From NCBI RefSeq assembly GCF_006345805.1, contig NC_043018.1, forward strand, positions 26,536,001 to 26,600,000: a stretch of 64,000 nt of DNA. The letters run 5' to 3'. The notes below the pieces were generated by a model. That model ran no database searches and was not told where the DNA came from. It was given only the letters and a program-made list of their open reading frames with translations. Positions 11,753-22,725 of the stretch are shown piece by piece. Within the stretch, counting starts at the first letter, position 1. Every line of letters starts with the position of its first letter. Source of the stretch: Octopus sinensis. Its lineage: Eukaryota. Made by a program: the position numbers and the translations under genes.

Positions 11753-11848
11753 ACCAACCTAGCTCTGAAGATCCTGTTGGGGAAGTTTCTATCCAAGTTG
11801 ATTTGTTTACACATCCCGGAACTGGAGAACATAAAGTCACTGTTAAGG
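11753..11848 (+). CDS. unc-13: unc-13 exon, MUN-C2C linker and start of C2C (phase 1 to 1)
   Basis: CACATAG| acceptor and AAGG|GTAGGT donor. Encodes (D)[31 protein letters not shown], matching the Munc13 [23 protein letters not shown] motif. Confidence 0.97.
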
Positions 11849-12155
11849 GTAGGTTTGCTTTTCTCTTATTTCATCACCGAGAATCGTCGTGGAATGTCTG
11901 TTATATGGAACCTGCATAGCTGAAGTTTGCTTTACAACCATGTGGTTCCTGATTCGATCCCACACTTTGGTAGCATCTTGGAACAAGCGTTTTCCATAAG
12001 AGCCTTAGGTTGGATACTACCATGTAGATAAAATTTGGTAAACAGAAATTGGGTAGAAGCTCATTCTGCATGCGTGTGTGTGGATGCATGTCTCTGTGTG
12101 TGCATGTGTGTATGTGTGTGCATGCATGTGTGTGTGTATGTCTGTGTGATTGATA

Positions 12156-12450
12156 TCACCGTGATCACCATGACCGACCAGGCTATCAGATGTTGCTACA
12201 CATCGCTGGTCACAATGCGCTTCGCATTGTTTTAGCCTTCAAATGATGCCACCCCACTGGCTAAGTGAGCAGGCCAACAGAAGAAAGAGTGAGTGAAAGT
12301 TGTGGCAAAAGAGTACAGCAGGGATCGCCAACACCCCCTGCCGAAGCCTCGTGGAGCTTTGGGTGTTTTCGCTCAATAAACACTCACAACGCCCGATCTA
12401 GGAATTGAAACCGCGATCCTATGACCTCGAGTCCGCTGCCCTAACCACTG
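12156..12450 (-). mobile_element. tRNA-derived SINE (second copy 57651-57888)
   Basis: Minus-strand head CAGTGGTTAGGGCAGCGGACTC...GGTTTCAATTCC; the body is shared with 57651-57888. Confidence 0.75.
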
Positions 12451-13023
12451 ATTGTATATACCACACTAAAACATGCTCCAAGTTGCAGTCCAGTGATGGG
12501 AACCACTAAAAGAATAATTGTAAAAAATTGTTTCTGTTGTTGCAATTGCTGTTCTCTCTTAGCACTCCTCCATTTCTCTCCCTTTCAATCTCTGTCTTGT
12601 TCTTCCTCACACACACATATACAGACATGCACACACACACACACACATTCACAGACATTGCCACTCTCACTCATACTCACACACAATGACACATGCACAC
12701 ACACAACACACACATCAGTTTCTCCACCACCACACGATACCTCTGTGTGTGTGTCAAGGAGGAACACTGAAAGTATCAGACTTAAAGAACCAAAATACTG
12801 GAGCCAGTTTGATGGACAAAACTCTTCAAGTGCTGCCCCAGCATAGTCGGAGTCTTCTGACTGAAACAATTAAAAGAATAAAAGTTATATGAAACATTAG
12901 ACTTGAATAAACACCGAAATTTAAAAAAGCATGGGTGCAAGACATTAAGAAAAAAATGAGATGTCATACTGAGAATTATATATATATTTGTATGTTGCGT
13001 TTTTTGTATATGTATCATATCAC

Positions 13024-13119
13024 TTGGACCGTTGGCGCTTTCTCCCATTCTGGTGGGGTTTTCAAATCAAGTTGTATTTGAAAGCCCCACTGGAGTGGGA
13101 GAATGCGCTGGTGGTCTGA
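13024..13119 (+). other. 44-bp stem / 8-nt loop hairpin rich in G-U pairs
   Basis: 13024-13067 pairs with 13076-13119: 33 Watson-Crick pairs, 10 G-U pairs and one U-U mismatch when read on +. Confidence 0.85.
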
Positions 13120-13414
13120 CTATTTATTAAAATTTTATGTATTGATTAAGTCTTTCCTTGTTTGTTTTGCAAAATAGTGGTTTTGTCTCTAATAATATTT
13201 TATAATATTTTACTATAAAATTGGATTTAATCCTAAATCTGATTTTTTCCCTGTAAATTTGGATTTATTCCCTAATATTTATTATTATTATATATATTTA
13301 TATATATATATATATATAATCTACTGTTCCATAATGGTAAGTTCAACAAAAAAAGTATTCCACCTGGTGAGAAATAAATATTATTTAATAAACACAATTA
13401 TATTGGTTTTTTAT

Positions 13415-13675
13415 ATGGTACTATTAGTTTAATGTGCTGAGAGCATGCCAAACAGTGTTTTTTAACATGTCTGGTGTCGTTGCACAATCATCAGACACTT
13501 TCCACATGGCATAATGAACTAAAAATTGGATGAGAGAAACAGAAAATGGAATTCATGAGATTCTTTATTAATCACAACAATCGTTTGACCCATCTTGCAT
13601 CAACCTCTTGTGGGCATGATATTATTCAACTGGTTATGGTGCAGCCTTTGGTGCAGATGTGTCTCATCAGGCGAC
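13415..13675 (-). ncRNA. Two tandem degenerate hammerhead-ribozyme-like motifs (Penelope-like remnant)
   Basis: Minus strand: CTGATGA-GACACATC...GATGGGTC-AAAC-GATTG-TT (13573-13675) and CTGATGA-TTGTGC...GCACAT-TAAA-CTAATAG-TA (13415-13498). Both have damage at G12. Confidence 0.5.
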
Positions 13676-13810
13676 TTTTTAAAAGGTACTTCATTCAATA
13701 AACTTGGTTTCACTTGGTTTGATTATACAGCATGTTAAGCTATAAACAGTGTAAGTGCTTTAATCGGCATAGTATCAGGTGTATACCCAAGCTTTATATA
13801 ACTATGTATA

Positions 13811-14616
13811 CAGGATGCAGTGAATAACCTGTCATCTAAATTACGTAAAAATGAAAATAACACTGACATCACATTTTAACAGATAAAAATATCTTGAAAT
13901 ACTAACGAGTAAATTTATTTAATAAAATCGCCATTGACTTCAATCACGGCCTCCAAATGACTTCGGAATCTCATGCAACTCTTCTGGATGATCTCCTTCT
14001 TTAAGTTGGTAAATGCTGCTATAATCCTTGCCTTCAGGTCATCTTTGGTGTTACAAGGAGTTTTGTTGGTCTCTCACTTAACTGTACCCCACACATAATA
14101 ATCAAGGGGGTTGCAGTCTGAGGAGTTAGGTGGCCATATGTTAGGGGGTGGTGTGGTCGCAGAAATTGTCTGACAACCATGACTGGGTTCTCCAGCTTGT
14201 GTAGCATGGTGCAGAGTCCTGTTGTCAGACATAGGGTCTTCCAGCAGCCACCATCTTGACCCAGGCAGCACTCCCTCCTCCTGTAGGCTTCTGTGTTGAG
14301 TGTGAGGCCGTGTGGGAAGATGAATGGAGGCATAACGTTGCCATCACTAGTGATCACTCTAAACACCATGATGTTGACTGGATGTTTGGTTTTTATCACA
14401 CTTGGTACATGTTCATATTGGAGCTTCCATTGTGAATGCCAAGCAGTACAGCATGTCATTTTCAAATTTCTAGCAGAGTGAATTGCATCATGGTGCTTTT
14501 TTTCTCATAGACGGTGCCCAACTGACCCTACTGTACTGTGTAGTCAACAAAATTAAAAACACACAATGCATGAAATTAGAAATATAAAATGGTGACAATT
14601 TACCCGTCACACTTTC
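13811..14616 (-). mobile_element. Internally deleted Tc1/mariner-superfamily element (maT/DD37D-like), copy 2
   Basis: Minus-strand remnants KTKHPVNIMVFRVITSDGNVMPPFIFPHGL and WPPNSSDCNPLDYYVWGTV (the catalytic SPDLNPLD-type motif). Imperfect TIRs of about 26 bp with TA flanks. Confidence 0.85.
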
Positions 14617-15149
14617 TATATATATCCACCATAATGAAATTGTTTTTTTATAATTTAAAGAGGAGAATGCAATTTCAGCATTATGGTAATTGTTTTAAAA
14701 AATTAAATAAGAATATACTTTCCATAGAAACTAAGAGACAAACATTGTGTGAATTTTATTGGAATTGAGTAAATAAAGGAAAATGTAGTTTTACTTGATA
14801 AAAAGTTAGAAACTATCAAAGATCTGAAGTAAATCACTTTTAAAGGTGGAAAATAAAATATAGCCGAAGCTGTTCATAGGATTTGAACTCACACCTCCTG
14901 TAAACATGGCAAACATTCAAAAGTTGACTTTGTCTTTTCATCCTTTCAAGGTCAATAAAATAAGTGACAGATAAACACTGGGGGTTACTATCATCGTCTT
15001 GTCCCTACCACCTCACAATTTCCAGCCTTGTGCCAAAAACCAAAAACCAATTATTTATTGCTTCATCCCTGTCGAATTCCACCATCAAAAATTATATGCA
15101 TTTTATATTTTCTGTATTGATGGGATTTTTCTTTTTCGTTTCTTATTAG

Positions 15150-15309
15150 TTGTTGCTTGCAATGATCTCAAATGGCAGACGGCTAGTATGTTCCGTCCGT
15201 TCGTTGAGGTACATCTCATTGGGCCCCACCTCAGTGATAAAAAGAGAAAACATTCTACTAAATCAAAGAGCAACAACTGGTCGCCAAAGTTAAATGAAAC
15301 CTTTCAATT
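15150..15309 (+). CDS. unc-13: unc-13 exon, C2C domain (phase 1 to 2)
   Basis: TTATTAG| acceptor and TT|GTAAGT donor. Encodes (V)[52 protein letters not shown]. Confidence 0.97.
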
Positions 15310-15462
15310 GTAAGTATGATTCCTTTTGAATTTTATGCAATCAACACCTCATTAGCTGTTGTTTTTTGTAAAAAATAAAAAGTTTTGAATGGTACAACAA
15401 TGCACTATAATATAGACTATGGGCTATATACCTGTAGTAATTTAGTCATCCATAGTCATCAA

Positions 15463-15502
<40 letters not shown>

Positions 15503-15658
15503 AGGATAAAAAGTTTTGAATGGTATAACAATGCACTATAATATAGACAATGGGCTATATACCTGTTGTAATTTAGTCGTCCATAGTCTGATATAATATT
15601 TCGGAATGTGACTCCATCTAAGAATATCTGAAAAAGGAATATTATTCCGAAATATCAT

Positions 15659-16405
15659 GATCTTTTCGGTTTGAACAGCAGTTTTTTAAAATAATTTCTA
15701 TGTAACTAAACACTTTTAAACTTCATATACTGGTAGAATGTGCTTATAAAACATCTTTTTCTCTTGGCTTTCTTGAGAAAATTCTGTAGTTTGTAAGATA
15801 TTTGTAAGATATTTTCTTCAATTTTGGCAATTTCAACCAATCAATGATGTCTTTTGAGGTGAAAATATTAAAATTTTCTGGCAGTGAAATATGAAAATGT
15901 CCCTCGTTTAAGAAACAGATTGGGTTTATTTACATTTCTGAAAAAAAAGATACCCTTCTCTCCACCCCTAACCCAGCCCCTAACTCTAACCCTAACCCTG
16001 AAACAGAATGAAATGCAATAGATCGATACTAGGGCCATAATTATGGGTGGACACTAAAGAGGGAACGGTTTTGTTATCCAGCTGTTTACGAGTGATCCCT
16101 CGGTTTATGGCCACAGGGTATCTTTTTTCTCATAAATAACAGGGACAATTTCATATGATACCGGAAATAATTGTTGTTGACAAAATCCGGAAATATTGTA
16201 TTCACCTCAATAGACGTCATTGATTGGTTGAAATTGCCGAAATGCAAGAAATTAAAGACTAAATATCTTACAAACTATAGAATTTTCTCAAGAAAGCCAA
16301 GAGAAAAGATGTTTTATAAATACATTCTACCAGTATACGAAGTTTTAAATTTTTTAGTTACATAAAAATTATTAAAAAAAACTGCCGTTCAAACCAAAAA
16401 GATCC
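15659..16405. mobile_element. Non-autonomous DNA transposon with TIRs of about 200 bp and a 7-8-bp target-site duplication
   Basis: GATCTTTTCGGTTTGAACAGCAG... / ...CTGCCGTTCAAACCAAAAAGATCC. AATATCAT flanks both sides (15651-15658 and 16406-16413). Internal CCCTAA-like repeats at about 15966-16000. Confidence 0.85.
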
Positions 16406-16616
16406 AATATCATATCAGACTATGGATGACTAAATTACAACAGGTATATAGCCCATTGTCTGTATTAATGTGCATTGTTGTACCATTCAAAACTTTTTAT
16501 TCTTTACAAACAATACACAATGCTTCATGCAAACTATAATACTCTCCTGTTGTTTTTTGTATTTTTATTTAGTAATGTTTGTAAATTCAGTGTTATTAAA
16601 TATTACTATACTGTAT

Positions 16617-17013
16617 GTGCAGGCATGGCTGTGTGGTAAGAAGCTTGCTTCCCAACCACATGGTTCTGGGTTCAGTCCCGTTGTGTGGCACCTTGGGCAA
16701 GTGTCTCCTATGATAGCTTCAGGCTGACCAAAGCCTTGTAAGTGGATTTGGTAAAGGGAAACTGAAAGAAGCCTATCATATATGTGTGTGTGACAACATC
16801 TGTGTATGTCCCACCACCACCACCACTTGGCAACCAGTGTTGGTGTGTTTACGACCCCATAACTTAGCAGTCCAGCAAAAGTGACTGGTAGAATAAGTAC
16901 CGGGTTTAATAAAAAAAATAAGTAGTAGGGTTGGTTCGTTCAACTAAAAATTCTTCGTGGTGGTGCCCCAGTATGGCGACAGTTAAATGACTAAAACAAG
17001 TAAAAGAAAAAGA
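16617..17013 (+). mobile_element. Full-length tRNA-derived SINE (family also at 34553-34975 +, 40808-40970 +, 61690-62047 -, 62830-63010 -, 63667-63820 -)
   Basis: TGGCTGTGTGGTAAG A-box, GGTTCAGTCCC B-box, CACCTTGGGCAAGTGTC core and GTGCCCCAG...TGACTAAAACAAGTAAAAGA tail. Confidence 0.85.
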
Positions 17014-17827
17014 TACTAAACTTGTATTTTTATCTAATCACATATTCTCTTGTAATCATCATCATCATCCTCTTCATCATTTACCCCCCCCTTCTATGCT
17101 GCCATGGGTTGGATGGTTTGACAGAAGCTGATCCGGCAGAAGGCTGCACTATGCTTCTCTGTCTGTTTAGGCATACCTTTGATAGCTAGATGCCCTCCCT
17201 AACACCAACCACTCCACAGAGTAGGCCAAGTGCTTTTTACGTGGCACCAGCACAAGCATGGTCAGTTTTGGTACGGTTTTTACCACTGGATGCCTTTTCA
17301 AATGCCAACCACTTTACAGTGTGGACTGATTACTTTTTAAGTGGCACCAGCACTGGTGGAGTCACCTAGTAATCTTTAAATAATTACCTTATGAATATTT
17401 TATTATAGAATTCAACTGAAATATATCATCTTTAATATCACTATTATTGTTGTAGTAAATGTGGAAGGCTAGCAGAATCATGACCACATTGGGCAAAATA
17501 CTTAATCACAATACATAGACATAAACCTCCTGCGTTCACATCTACATACATACACACTCACACAAACATTAACGACATAGGATGAGGTATGCCTGTGTGT
17601 ATATATATAAATATATATATATAATTTATATATATATTTAATTGCATGAAACTATTGGTATCTCATAAATATATACATTGTATTTATTAAATATATATAC
17701 ACTCATATGTATGTAGGTATTTACATGCATACAGCTATATAGTTTGTATATGTAATTAAATATATACCAAATTTTTCGTCTCTTCTGTTTTGATAGATAT
17801 GTAAATAAATAAATAAATATAATATAT

Positions 17828-17861
<34 letters not shown>

Positions 17862-17913
17862 TACTGGTGCCATATATATATACTAACTATTACTTAACCA
17901 TCCTCTCACACCA

Positions 17914-17963
17914 TCTCCGATGAAGGGATATAATTAATAAATATCCTGGAAACAGCTGTAAGA
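17914..17963 (+). ncRNA. Minimal type-I hammerhead-ribozyme-like motif (U4C variant) in the last unc-13 intron
   Basis: TCT-CCGATGA-AGGGATAT-aattaataa-ATATCCTG-GAAA-CAGCTG-TA-AGA: short stem I, stem II, palindromic stem III, GUA triplet. Confidence 0.65.
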
Positions 17964-18048
17964 CCTTCTATGAATAAATGTTCTAATATCTACACAGCCT
18001 TGATTTTTTATCTCATTATGCAAAAAATTCTCATATATATATATATAC

Positions 18049-18095
<47 letters not shown>

Positions 18096-18190
18096 ATATA
18101 TATATATTTATATACACATATATACCCATACATACATATGTTAAAAGTATACACATTACTATTGTTAACTATTATTGTTTTTTTTTCTAG

Positions 18191-18476
18191 TATTATTGGT
18201 AATGAGGATGAACCAGACGCTTATGAACTCCATATCTGCGTCAAAGATTATTGTTTTGCCCGTGAAGATCGCCAAATCGGAGTAGCCGTCATGCAACTGC
18301 GTGACATCGTCGAACAAGGTAGCTGTGCATGCTGGTGCGCCTTAGGTAAACGCCTCAATCTCGATGAAACAGGTTGGACTATTCTCAGAATTCTTTCTCA
18401 GAGAACTAACGATGAAGTTGCTAAGGAATTTGTTAAGCTGAAATCTGAATGCCGACACCAGGAAGAAGTAGGCTGA
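18191..18476 (+). CDS. unc-13: unc-13 terminal coding exon, end of C2C domain to TGA stop
   Basis: TTTTTTCTAG| acceptor. Encodes (F)[94 protein letters not shown], the canonical Munc13 C-terminus. Confidence 0.98.
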
Positions 18477-19874
18477 AATTCAAACGCATTTTTGAAGTGT
18501 TTTTTTCTCTCAGTTGTCACTTAATATCAGATTCCTAAAATAAGTTTAAAAAAAAAAGTATGCCTAATTTTTTAAAGAAACCCATTATTTCATCCGCATG
18601 GGCATATGGTTGATTGTTGGTTTTTTTTTTGTTTGTTTTTATATATATACATATATATATATATAATCATATGCTCTTTTACGATGAAAAGTTGTCTGGG
18701 GTAAATATGTGGAAATTTTAATTTTGCTGATTACTACCTATGATAGGTATTAATTAACTTAATAACGATGATTGTTTTACTTACTGTATCTCATTCATCT
18801 CTATTATGTTGTGCTTTTCAGTCACTAAAATTACCATAATACCCGGGTTCCTGAGAAGGAGGGTGTACTTTTAAGCAGATAAATATTTTATTGTTAATTT
18901 CCTTTCCCCGCTCCACCCCCATAGAGTTAATTGTTCCATGAGTTTCTCCATTTATTTATAATAATTGGGCTAATTTATGAAGCGATTTTTGTTAAAAATT
19001 TATAAAGAAGAGAAACAAAAATGAAACAAAGAAAAAAAGAAATAATGAACGCAGAACTTCCAGTTATATCGTTATAAAATAATAGTGAGTACAGTAAATG
19101 ATTATTATTATTATTATTAATATTTTTTTTTTTGCATGTTACTTAACTTTAACCCTGATTTTTTTTTAAAGTATAATTTGACATAAAACTTTACTGCCAA
19201 AGTTGACTAATATTCGTTGATATGCTCAAAATAATGTTCTCCATCTTTATAAAAACAAAACACAAACCAAACCCCCAACATACAATTCCTGGCAGTGTGA
19301 TATATATATGCAGCTTTGTATGATTCTGAATAATACTAATGGTATTTCGTTATTTATTTCTCGGTTTTAAAATTCCAACGTTAAAATCGGTTAAAAAGTT
19401 TAGTGTGGGGGGAAAAGTGTTCCTTTAGAAACTTCAAAGTGGTTCAACCATTTTATTGCTGATTATTTTATTGGTTATTGATGAACCAACCGACCAACTA
19501 ACTAACTAACCAACCATTGAACCATGAATGTTGGCATTCATGTTAAACCTTCAGAAATGAGTGACAACAAAACAAAAATATAACAAAACAAAAAACAAAA
19601 ACTGTAACAAAAAGTAAAAAGTGATTGTTCACAAAATACAAACACTTTTTTTTAATGGGTTTTCTTTTTTCTTTTCCTTTTTTTTCTCCTATTTTTAACA
19701 CATTTACCTCTTTCTATTTTAAATCTTGGACTGCTGGCTAGCTGACTATCTCTCTGCCTTAAACTCCAATGATTTCAAAATTAAAAATTATTTAAGCGTT
19801 AAAATTGTTTGTTTACTAAAGTGTTTTAATAGGGACATCTAACTATCTTTACTATTATTATTATTATTATTAAC

Positions 19875-19908
<34 letters not shown>

Positions 19909-20894
19909 GTTATTATTATTATTGTTATTATTGTTATTGTTATTATAAAGGAAATATAAGAAATTATAAGTTTCTATTTCTAAGAAGGTATTGGTCGTAT
20001 TCTGTTTTTTGTTTTCTATATCTGTGGATTTCTAAATATAATACTTTGTTTATTTAATCATCAATTTCATATTGGTTTAGCTTTCTTATGTCTAAAGGAA
20101 TTCTTCAAAAACAGTCATAATTGGTTTTTTGGTTTTTTTACACTTCTCTTGCTGGTAGAAAAAGTATTATAATATAGAAAGAAAGATGGTAGGTTCAATT
20201 TGACGTCTTGGTTTATTTCGGGCTAGTAGTTTTCTTTCATTCTTCAAAACAGCATTTTTTTTTCCTTAATAAATGGTGCTCTGTAAAACAAACAAAAACG
20301 TAATGATAATAATAATGATAATAATAAAAATGATGGTAATAACTTTCAAGCATTCAAAGATGGTTTATGTTAATACCACTGACAAGATAATTACCTTCAA
20401 AATCATCTTGGTGCTTTCATAATCAGTTTTAAGAACTCACATGTCGACTGTGTATAAATATATAGTACTATATTGAAAACAAACAAAAAAAAAAAAGAAA
20501 ACATAAGATTACTATTTCCCTGAGATGTTGCTACAAAAAATACATAAATATTCATGTTCTCCATATAGAAGTTACTTAGCTTTGCGTTCTCTTTCAACAG
20601 TTTTTATTATAAACTTTCCATTAATGTAGCTTTCTCCCTCCTGTATTATTTAAAGTTGCTAAAATTAGTTTACAATTTTATGAATTTATAATTATTATTA
20701 TTTTTATAATTATTATTATTATTTATTTATTTTAGCATTCCATAGTTATAAAGTTACATGAAGTTTTAAATTAGGCACTTCCGACATTCTACGGAGAAAA
20801 GAAAATTATTTTGAATTTTCTCAAATCTCAAATATATCAAATATATTGTGATATTTTTTTATATAGCTTAATAATTTCAATATATATTCTGTTG

Positions 20895-20936
<42 letters not shown>

Positions 20937-21087
20937 ATATGTGTGCATATGTCTATATGTATGTGTCTGTGTGTATATATATATACATACATACAAACAT
21001 GCATAAATACATATATATGCATATGAATATATATATGCATATTTCCATAAACATTTGTGTGTGTATAGCTATTTATATACATTTGTT

Positions 21088-21121
<34 letters not shown>

Positions 21122-21301
21122 CACACACACATTCATATTTGCATATGCATATATGTGTGTATTTGTATATATGCTCATTTATGTGTGTGCGGAAATATAT
21201 GCATAGATTTTTGTGTGTACACATGTGTGTCTATCTGTGCATATATACATTTTTGTATGTATGTACTTAGATATATATTCATGTATGTGTTTCATACATA
21301 C

Positions 21302-21338
<37 letters not shown>

Positions 21339-21942
21339 CATACATATATGCATACACACACACACACGTATAATAAATATGTATGAATATACATGTGTAC
21401 ATGTGTGTGAATGTCTGTATGTATGCATCTCTACCGGTATGTGTATATGATATATGAATGTATGTATATATGCGTGTGTGTGTGTGTGTGTATTAAATAC
21501 TTTTTACAGTCAAAACAATGCAAGTTATAACAAGTTACTAATACAGGTTGATGGTTAGCACTGTTATCTGGTAATAATACTTACCATTGACCTATATTAT
21601 TAATTTTTTTATAACTTGCATGGTTTTGGCTTAAAAAGCATCTCTATAACATTTTTATGTATACATCAGACAATGCTTCATGAAAACCATACTGATATAC
21701 ATATATATAGTATATTGAGGCATTAGACGTTTCTTTTTTTTTTTTTTTTGACTGGTGAGGAAGAGAGTTTTTCTTTTTGATATATAGTTAATATCTAGTA
21801 TATAGCTTGTTGAAACTGAAATCGTTTCTCTTGACTTGTGCTTCACATCACTGTTTCTCACCTTATGATCACTGTAGCATGAAACTCAAGTCACGAAAGA
21901 GGCAAGCAGTTTAAATAATATATACGTTTGTGTATGTGTGTC

Positions 21943-21978
<36 letters not shown>

Positions 21979-22289
21979 AATGTATGTTTGTATATGTATG
22001 TATATACATGTGTGTGTATATATATATATGTATATTTTTACATGTATATATGTGTGTATGTTTGTATATGTATGTATATACATGTGTGTATATATATATG
22101 TGTGTGCATATGTATATATATGTGTGTATATTTGAGTAGTTGAATGAATTGTCTTATTAAGGATAATTCGAATTAACCGATACCTGGGTAGCAAATTCAC
22201 ATCAGCTCCATTCTTTCATATATATATATGTGTATATATATATATATGTGTGTGTGTGTAGATATGTATGTATGCATGTGTGTGTGTAT

Positions 22290-22362
<73 letters not shown>

Positions 22363-22643
22363 GTAGTGTCTGTTTATGATTGATTCTGTTGCTGCTCAGA
22401 GATTCACACCTCATCCTTTCAGTCAGGTTATGCTACACCCATTGAGCATATCCTGCACAAAAGTCTAAGTTTCAGCAGAATAAATTATCCCATGTATTAT
22501 AAATTTACACTTTACATCAAGAATTTAGCAATTTTTCTTACCTTTGTAAACTTACCTACTTACATACACACATATGTGTGTGTGTGTGTGCATGTATATA
22601 TATGTTTGTATATATGTGTGTGTGTGTATTATATATGCACATG

Positions 22644-22678
<35 letters not shown>

Positions 22679-22689
22679 GTATATATAAT

Positions 22690-22725
<36 letters not shown>

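Noticed and set aside
15966-16000. CCCTAA telomere-like repeats
   Set aside because: A few degenerate units inside a MITE, not an interstitial telomere or fusion site.
17970-18190. 5' extension of the 168-aa ORF overlapping the terminal unc-13 exon
   Set aside because: Intronic microsatellite read-through; homology starts at the AG acceptor at 18190.
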